DNA from: a virus
Reading direction: 5' to 3' (one strand)
Virus record (IMG/VR): IMGVR_UViG_3300030616_000250
Coordinates: 10,435-74,434 of that record
Length of the DNA: 64,000 nt
In this document: one piece after another, positions 58,622 to 64,000 of the stretch
Layout of the letters: each line of letters starts with the position of its first letter
Position numbering within the stretch: position 1 is the stretch's first letter
Made by a program: the position numbers and the translations under genes
The notes under the pieces: generated by a model
The model's database searches: none
What the model saw: only the letters and a program-made list of their open reading frames with translations
Told to the model about the DNA's origin: nothing

Positions 58622-58656
58622 GCAATTTCGCTCTTAAATTTGATTGGAGGTCGGCA

Positions 58657-58902
58657 GTGTCACAAGGATTTTATTTAGAGGAAACAAGTTATCGTCTTAT
58701 TGAGAGTCTTACTCTTGCGGCAGAACGAATTGCCGACAGATTAGATGAACTCGCTCAACAGTCAACTAACACGACAAAGGCTAAAATTCAGCCGTGTGTT
58801 AATAAGAGGTGTGACGCGTGGTCTAAAGGAATTGAAGGTAATTGTTGTGAGTGGGAATTAAGTGATATGACAAAGTGTAATGATTATAGGGCTGAACAAT
58901 AG
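58657..58902 (+). CDS. cassette A5 hypothetical protein
   Basis: GGAGG RBS + GTG; Cys-rich C-terminus encoded in the attC loop. Confidence 0.6.
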   Translation: MSQGFYLEETSYRLIESLTLAAERIADRLDELAQQSTNTTKAKIQPCVNKRCDAWSKGIEGNCCEWELSDMTKCNDYRAEQ

Positions 58903-58922
58903 CCTTTTGCGGAACGTTGGGT
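58764..58922 (+). repeat. attC-like site A5
   Basis: AACTAAC acgacaaaggctaaaattcagcc...ggctgaacaatagccttttgcggaac GTTGGGT. Confidence 0.85.
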
Positions 58923-58956
58923 TTAATTCGCCTAAAAATTGTAAAGGAGAATTGCT

Positions 58957-59253
58957 ATGAGTAAATGGGAATGTAACAATTGTGGTGAGGATAAGTGTAC
59001 ACGAGAGGGAAATTTTTTGCAACCAATTAATTGTACAATGTATTCGTGGAGAAAACCCAAGTGGAAGGAAGTCCGCAATTCTCAAGAAAATATTGAGCCG
59101 TCGAACTCCGCCGAAGCGGCTAAACCCAACAACCGCAGTGACGAAATAGCTTCTCATTTAATGGCACATTCTCGTGATGACGGGATGGGTGAGGTAATAA
59201 TAAACGCCGGTGAATTTTACCAGGCAGTGAAGCAACTTCGCACGGTGCGGTGA
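58957..59253 (+). CDS. cassette A6 hypothetical protein
   Basis: AAGGAG RBS; CNNC...C...C N-terminus. Confidence 0.65.
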   Translation: MSKWECNNCGEDKCTREGNFLQPINCTMYSWRKPKWKEVRNSQENIEPSNSAEAAKPNNRSDEIASHLMAHSRDDGMGEVIINAGEFYQAVKQLRTVR

Positions 59254-59262
59254 ACGTTGAAT
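59124..59262 (+). repeat. attC-like site A6
   Basis: ACCCAAC aaccgcagtgacgaaatagcttc...gaagcaacttcgcacggtgcggtgaac GTTGAAT. Confidence 0.85.
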
Positions 59263-59316
59263 GAAAATTTTGAAATTTGAGATATTAGTTTTTCACATCT
59301 AAAAATTGGAGGTTTT

Positions 59317-59529
59317 ATGAATAACAAGGGTTTTACGTTAGTAGAGTTGATTGTTGTTATAATTATTTCTTTCTGTATAGTGGGGGAAGTAATGTGTATT
59401 ACGAAGTGTATTAATTCAGACTGGGAGCCGTCATATAAGCGTGAAATTATTTATGGCGCATCCGCATTAACGGGGATTGGTTCAGTCGTTGGATATTTTA
59501 ATATACCCGATGTGAAAAAAGAAAATTAA
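59317..59529 (+). CDS. cassette A7 small protein with prepilin-type N-terminal cleavage/methylation motif
   Basis: NKG/FTLVELIVVIII. Confidence 0.75.
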   Translation: MNNKGFTLVELIVVIIISFCIVGEVMCITKCINSDWEPSYKREIIYGASALTGIGSVVGYFNIPDVKKEN

Positions 59530-59547
59530 TGATATTTCAAAATCAAC

Positions 59548-59677
59548 ATTCAACAGCGACAGGGCAAAATGTTAATTTGCAGGATTAGTATTGGTCTTAT
59601 AATTGGGTTTGCGATTGGGCTTTTAGCTGGATGCTTTCGGTGGGGTTAACACTTCGCCAGTAGTGCGTACGTTGTCG
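59548..59677 (+). repeat. attC-like site A7
   Basis: ATTCAAC agcgacagggcaaaatgttaa...ttaacacttcgccagtagtgcgtac GTTGTCG. Confidence 0.75.
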
Positions 59678-59704
59678 GAAACTCCACTTAAAGGAGATTG
59701 TTAT

Positions 59705-59977
59705 ATGGAAAATTTACAAAGATATCTACCTGTGTTTTATGGATTGAGACCTGGGATGAAAAAATCATCTAAGGGTAGGTGGGTTAAATTTTCCGATCAT
59801 GTGGTAGCATTGCGTTCCGCATCCGACAACACGACAAAGGCTAAAATTTGCCCATATTGTGGAAATGATTACCCGCTTACCTTGCTCATTGGTACATATA
59901 CCGAACTTGATACAGCGGCAGGCACTAAATTTTTTCGATGTGGAAATTGTAAACGATTATATGAGGGCAAACAATAG
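59705..59977 (+). CDS. cassette A8 hypothetical protein with zinc ribbon in the attC loop
   Basis: AAGGAG RBS; CPYCG...CGNC. Confidence 0.65.
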   Translation: MENLQRYLPVFYGLRPGMKKSSKGRWVKFSDHVVALRSASDNTTKAKICPYCGNDYPLTLLIGTYTELDTAAGTKFFRCGNCKRLYEGKQ

Positions 59978-59997
59978 CCCTTTGCGGGACGTAGTAA
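59824..59997 (+). repeat. attC-like site A8 (terminal, core mutated to GTA)
   Basis: CGACAAC acgacaaaggctaaaatttgccc...gggcaaacaatagccctttgcgggac GTAGTAA. Confidence 0.75.
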
Positions 59998-60004
59998 ATA
60001 ATAT

Positions 60005-60033
60005 TGATTTTTGTGATATTATGTGGTATATTA
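60005..60033 (+). promoter_or_regulatory. putative sigma70 promoter upstream of the replication gene
   Basis: TTGATT-17 nt-TATATT with TG extended -10. Confidence 0.55.
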
Positions 60034-60173
60034 TAAGTATGAAGATCGGCACAACCAGTGAAAATAATTCTACTTAAAAGTCCAGTAAAAAGTAGGCTTC
60101 TCCAAGCCGAACCGTCATGTGTTTATCTTAGCCGATCTTCTCATGGCGGACTGGACGCTATATTGGATGCAAA

Positions 60174-60662
60174 ATGGCACTTAGGAATCAACCTTACATC
60201 CCTTTGTATGTTCAAGACTTTTTAACCGATGAAAAACTTAATGAATGCTCACCAAGTTCAACAGGAGTATATATAAAAATCATGTGTGTCATGCACAAGT
60301 CAAAAGAGTATGGTAAAATTTTGCTAAAGCAAAAAGACAAGCACAGCAAAAGCAAGATAGAATGTTTTGCCAGAAAGTTGAATAAGAATATGTCGTTCAC
60401 CGAGGGTGTGATACAAAATGCCTTAGAAGAACTTGTAAAAGAAGATGTGTTATACATAGATGGCGATTATTTGTGCCAAAAACGCATGATAAGAGACAAT
60501 GAGCTTAGTTTGAAACGAGCAGAAGCGGGTAGTAAAGGTGGTAAAAAGACTCAACTTGCTAAAGCAAATCAGGAAGCAAACGAAGAAGCAAACCCTGAAA
60601 ATGAAGATGAAAATGAAAGTGAATATGTATATGAAGCTGGGGTATCAGGTATTACTAAGTAA
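60174..60662 (+). CDS. phage replication initiator N-terminal domain (DUF1376/YdaU-like)
   Basis: PYIPLYVQDFLTD, GVYIKIMC.MH, QKRMIRD..LS.KRAEAGSKGG. Confidence 0.75.
   Translation: MALRNQPYIPLYVQDFLTDEKLNECSPSSTGVYIKIMCVMHKSKEYGKILLKQKDKHSKSKIECFARKLNKNMSFTEGVIQNALEELVKEDVLYIDGDYLCQKRMIRDNELSLKRAEAGSKGGKKTQLAKANQEANEEANPENEDENESEYVYEAGVSGITK
60556..60592 (+). repeat. short iteron-like repeats (AAGCAAA) in the initiator gene
   Basis: AAGCAAA x3 at ~12-nt spacing; TTGCTAAAGCAAA also at ~60321. Confidence 0.4.
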
Positions 60663-60693
60663 CAGTATCTATATAACGTATAAGGAGTGAAGC

Positions 60694-60903
60694 ATGGCAA
60701 TAGTAGCAATGCAAGAATGTTCAAATGGTAATGCTGAAGTTGGTGATATGTGGATACAAACAAAAGTATTTAATACGAGTGAACCTATATCCAATGTGTT
60801 GAAATGGGCAAAGGGTTTAAGTAGTCATGGGGGGCGGTTAATGCTCTGTGAACCAGACAACGCTGATAAGATAGGAATTATTAAAAAAAATGACGAACAA
60901 TAA
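60694..60903 (+). CDS. hypothetical protein
   Basis: AAGGAG RBS. Confidence 0.6.
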   Translation: MAIVAMQECSNGNAEVGDMWIQTKVFNTSEPISNVLKWAKGLSSHGGRLMLCEPDNADKIGIIKKNDEQ

Positions 60904-61273
60904 AAACTTCATCTATCAGGGCTATCCCATACCCAAAGGCTTCATACTCAAATTGAAGTATAAGAAGCGATTGACAGCCTATGTGATAGACAGGTTGATC
61001 TACAGAGCCGTACATTACGCTGAGTGGATACGCAAGAACAAGGGGGAGCGGGTACAGCTTGTTAAGATAATGAGCAAGGGTATATCTAAGGGATGGCTAT
61101 TCAACGAGACCCCGGATGAAGAGTTTAACAAGCCCTATGTCTTGGGATGGATTGAACAGGAGATATACGGCAAGAAGAAGCCGAAAAAGAAACTTGGTGG
61201 ATTTACCCCGGCAGTAGACCGGATGAAGTTGCCGGGAACAATTGGAGATATTTTAGAGGAGATAGGTATATGA
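60890..61273 (+). CDS. hypothetical protein
   Basis: Coupled ORF. Confidence 0.55.
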   Translation: MTNNKNFIYQGYPIPKGFILKLKYKKRLTAYVIDRLIYRAVHYAEWIRKNKGERVQLVKIMSKGISKGWLFNETPDEEFNKPYVLGWIEQEIYGKKKPKKKLGGFTPAVDRMKLPGTIGDILEEIGI

Positions 61274-61710
61274 AAAACATACCAAACAAAATATATCTAC
61301 AGATCGGTGAGGATGCTGACCTGGCGGAAGATTTCAAAGAACTTTCCGAAGAAGATATTGCGTGGAGCACGGACAGGATATTTGACAACGATATTGAGTA
61401 TATCCGTGCAGGACGCACACGGGACTATGAGATAGCCATTGAGCGTATCCGTGCCGGTGAGGATGTTGATACTGTATTAACTGACTATGGATGGGAAGGA
61501 AGCAGGTGGATACCGTGTAAAGAGAGATTGCCGAAAATGAAAGATGGTAGTTATGGGTTTGTATATTGTATTGTTGCAAGAAAAAACAAAAGGGCAACAG
61601 AGGCTATGTATAATACAAAAACACAAAAATTTTTATACACTAATTTTTTAAATATGGAAAGTGTTACCGACTGGATGCCACTACCCGAACCACCAAAGGA
61701 AACAGAATGA
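61270..61710 (+). CDS. DUF551-domain protein
   Basis: WIPCKERLP...VTDWMPLPEPP. Confidence 0.8.
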   Translation: MKNIPNKIYLQIGEDADLAEDFKELSEEDIAWSTDRIFDNDIEYIRAGRTRDYEIAIERIRAGEDVDTVLTDYGWEGSRWIPCKERLPKMKDGSYGFVYCIVARKNKRATEAMYNTKTQKFLYTNFLNMESVTDWMPLPEPPKETE

Positions 61711-62573
61711 CACAGAAGATCGCCATATATGCACCTGATTCTAAAATGCCAAACTATGCTATTATGAAGGTATCGGCATATCATAAGGAACAAGGTGACA
61801 CGGTGGAGTGGTATACTGATTTGTGGGCACATACCTTTGATAAGGTCTACTGTTCAAAGATATTTAATTATACACCTATGCCAAATATGCTTAACGATAA
61901 CTGTGTTTATGGTGGTACTGGTTATGATATTAAAAAGCAGTTGCCACAAGAAATTGAAGATTGTGATCTTGATTATTCCATCTATCCAAATTGTGATTAT
62001 TCACTTATGATGTTTTCAAGGGGTTGTATTAGAAAGTGTCCATTTTGTATAGTAAGTGAAAAAGAGGGAGTAATAAGACCAATAGATTCTGTTTCTTTGA
62101 ATCCAAAAGGAAAAAGAATAGAAATATTAGACAATAATTTTTTTGCTAATCCTAATTGGGAAAAGGCTGTTAAAGCTTTGTTTGTATGGAATCAACCTGT
62201 AAATTTTCACGGTATTGATGCAAGGATACTTACAGAAAAACAAACGAAAGTATTAGATGAATTAAGACATTTTAAACATATTCATATAGCATGGGATAAC
62301 CCAAAAGAAGATTTGTTACCAAAGCTAAAAAAAATTATACAATGGATTAACCCGAAAAAATTAATGTGTTATGTATTAATAGGATATTGGTCAACCAAAG
62401 AAGAGGATATGTATAGAATAGTTAAGCTAAGAGAATTAGACATAGACCCGTTTGTAATGCCATATAATAAATCCGATCCATACCAAAAAAGAATAGCACG
62501 ATGGGTAAATCACAAAGCAATATTTGAATCAGTAAAATGGGAAGATTACGATCCTATAAAGGCAAAGGAATGA
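61707..62573 (+). CDS. radical SAM protein
   Basis: SRGCIRKCPFC (CxxxCxxC), PN.A.MK.SAYHK, LDNNF. Confidence 0.9.
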   Translation: MTQKIAIYAPDSKMPNYAIMKVSAYHKEQGDTVEWYTDLWAHTFDKVYCSKIFNYTPMPNMLNDNCVYGGTGYDIKKQLPQEIEDCDLDYSIYPNCDYSLMMFSRGCIRKCPFCIVSEKEGVIRPIDSVSLNPKGKRIEILDNNFFANPNWEKAVKALFVWNQPVNFHGIDARILTEKQTKVLDELRHFKHIHIAWDNPKEDLLPKLKKIIQWINPKKLMCYVLIGYWSTKEEDMYRIVKLRELDIDPFVMPYNKSDPYQKRIARWVNHKAIFESVKWEDYDPIKAKE

Positions 62574-62962
62574 AATCACAAAAACAGCAAGTTAGAGAGT
62601 GGCTCGAATCGGGTAAATCTCTTACACCTAAAGAGGCATATCGTTATATTGGAAGCATGAGACTTGCCGCAATAATAGAAATCCTCAGAAACAAAGAGAA
62701 CATGAACATAGCAGACCTGAATAAAAACGGAAACGAAAAATATTCCAATTATAAATTAGTAAGTGGGCAAAAATTGCCTACCCCTGAGAAGCCCATAGAG
62801 GCTCTACAATCGACTCAGCCGGGGGGTAATAGTAAGGCAAGGGTGGGGGATGCGTTTAAGTGGCTACAGGAGAGTTCTGGTATAGTACAAGTAGAAATAC
62901 CATGTAGTTTCTGTGGAAGCTACTATAGAAGAAATGGAGTGTGTAATATATGCGGGAATTAA
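62570..62962 (+). CDS. winged helix-turn-helix protein with C-terminal zinc motif
   Basis: SQKQQVREWLESGKSLTPKEA...MRLAAII..LR. Confidence 0.7.
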   Translation: MKSQKQQVREWLESGKSLTPKEAYRYIGSMRLAAIIEILRNKENMNIADLNKNGNEKYSNYKLVSGQKLPTPEKPIEALQSTQPGGNSKARVGDAFKWLQESSGIVQVEIPCSFCGSYYRRNGVCNICGN

Positions 62963-64000
62963 AATTGTTAATTGAAAAATTGTCTAAATTGGAAGACAAA
63001 AAAAGAATAGAAAGTATAAATAAAGTTAAACAAGCTCTACACAAAATAAGCCCATTTAAAAATGAACCCGTAGATTGTGTGTTATGGGTAAAGGGTGAAG
63101 ACGTAATAGCTAATGAATATAATCCCAATAAGGTAGCACCTCCAGAAATGAAATTGCTTGAAATAAGTATTATAAATGATGGGTTTACACAGCCGATAGT
63201 AGCTTTTCCAACGGAAAACAAAATAGAGGTTGTTGATGGGTTCCATAGAAACAGAGTAGGGAAAGAATCACCAATAGTAAAAGAAAGAATACATGGATAT
63301 TTGCCGATAGTAGAAATAAGAAAAGGACAGCAAGCAAAAAACGACAGAATAGCATCTACTATAAGACACAATAGAGCAAGGGGTAAGCACGTTGTTGATG
63401 CGATGTCTGAAATAGTGCTTGAATTAAAAAATAGAAATTGGAAAAACGAGAGAATAAGCAGAGAACTTGGCATGGATGAAGAAGAAATATTGAGATTGTG
63501 TCAAATAACTGGCTTAGAAGAATTGTTTAAGGATGGTGATTTTTCAAGGTCATGGAACATAGAAGATTCAACAGAAGATTTTGAGGAAATAAATGACCAA
63601 GTTACAGAAGAAGAAAAGCAGATAAATATGTTTCGCTCTATTAATACAGATGATAAGGATAGGGTGTTTCACACCTATGACAAGTGGGAATGTTATAAGG
63701 CTGGTTTTTATGATAACAAAAAAAACGGTAAATCAAAAGAACAATGTGAACTTGAATATGCGAGGTTGTTGACAGATGAAAAGGCATTTAGAGAAGCACT
63801 TGAACATATTATAAATGAATGGAAAAATTCTTGTGAACACTATTTAACGAATAAGTCTATGAATAGAATTGCCTATCTTGGACAAGCTGCCTTATGTTAT
63901 GCTAAAGGAATACCATCTACTTTTCGTGGTGGTTTCCACTTGTTATCAAAAGATCAGCAAGAAAAAGCAAATAGAATAGCACATGAATATTTAAACAAGT
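62950..64000 (+). CDS. IbrB/YbdM-like ParB N-terminal domain protein (runs off window end)
   Basis: Not in the ORF track; translates to SPFKNEPVDCVLWV...ANEYNPNKVAPPEMKLL..SI..DGFTQPIV...VVDGFHR...ASTIRHNRARGKH. Confidence 0.9.
   Translation, partial: MRELKLLIEKLSKLEDKKRIESINKVKQALHKISPFKNEPVDCVLWVKGEDVIANEYNPNKVAPPEMKLLEISIINDGFTQPIVAFPTENKIEVVDGFHRNRVGKESPIVKERIHGYLPIVEIRKGQQAKNDRIASTIRHNRARGKHVVDAMSEIVLELKNRNWKNERISRELGMDEEEILRLCQITGLEELFKDGDFSRSWNIEDSTEDFEEINDQVTEEEKQINMFRSINTDDKDRVFHTYDKWECYKAGFYDNKKNGKSKEQCELEYARLLTDEKAFREALEHIINEWKNSCEHYLTNKSMNRIAYLGQAALCYAKGIPSTFRGGFHLLSKDQQEKANRIAHEYLNK

Larger units (their letters stand above)
57093..59997 (+). mobile_element. array of eight integron-like gene cassettes without an adjacent integrase (CALIN-like)
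   Basis: Units start with GTT at 57093, 57444, 57758, 58152, 58615, 58916, 59256, 59671; each has RBS+ORF and an AAC...GTT hairpin. Confidence 0.85.

Noticed and set aside
57093-59997. CRISPR array or simple terminator series as explanation of the repeats
   Set aside because: Units are 300-460 bp, contain RBS+ORF, have variable arms and no T-tracts; no constant repeat/spacer period and no cas genes.
62856-63473. 205-aa minus-strand ORF in the track
   Set aside because: Antisense shadow of the + strand IbrB-like gene, which the track missed because it runs off the window end.
1-64000. Alternative genetic code, tRNA or rRNA genes
   Set aside because: Standard code gives dense, full-length genes ending in all three stops; no cloverleaf or rRNA-like sequence recognised by eye.

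Overview
The window is most of a tailed dsDNA phage (or prophage) genome with podovirus-like architecture, almost entirely on the + strand. Order: (i) a ~24 kb glycan-modification block (448-24361) with 8 glycosyltransferase-like genes, 5 SAM methyltransferases, 2 sulfotransferases, WbpB/WbpE/WbpD-like genes, an epimerase, LicD, GDPD and two HxGH nucleotidyltransferases; (ii) a promoter followed by portal, scaffold, major capsid, tail, tail-fibre and ejection genes, including a 2327-aa LPD38-type polyvalent protein; (iii) an early/replication region with GIY-YIG, 3'-5' exonuclease, DUF1064, replication initiator, radical SAM and IbrB/ParB genes. No terminase or integrase is visible in the window. 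The most striking signal is an integron-like cassette system inside the phage. It has an 8-unit array of attC-like hairpins (57093-59997), a solo cassette (3392-3972), and three homologous intergenic attC-like 'landing pads' in the glycan operon, two of which have captured inverted cassettes while one is empty. Ribosomes appear to read through these sites: hairpin loops encode exchangeable C-terminal protein domains or coupling mini-ORFs. Cassette bodies also carry long imperfect terminal inverted repeats that often cover the RBS. Protein family calls come from motif recognition by eye, not database searches.
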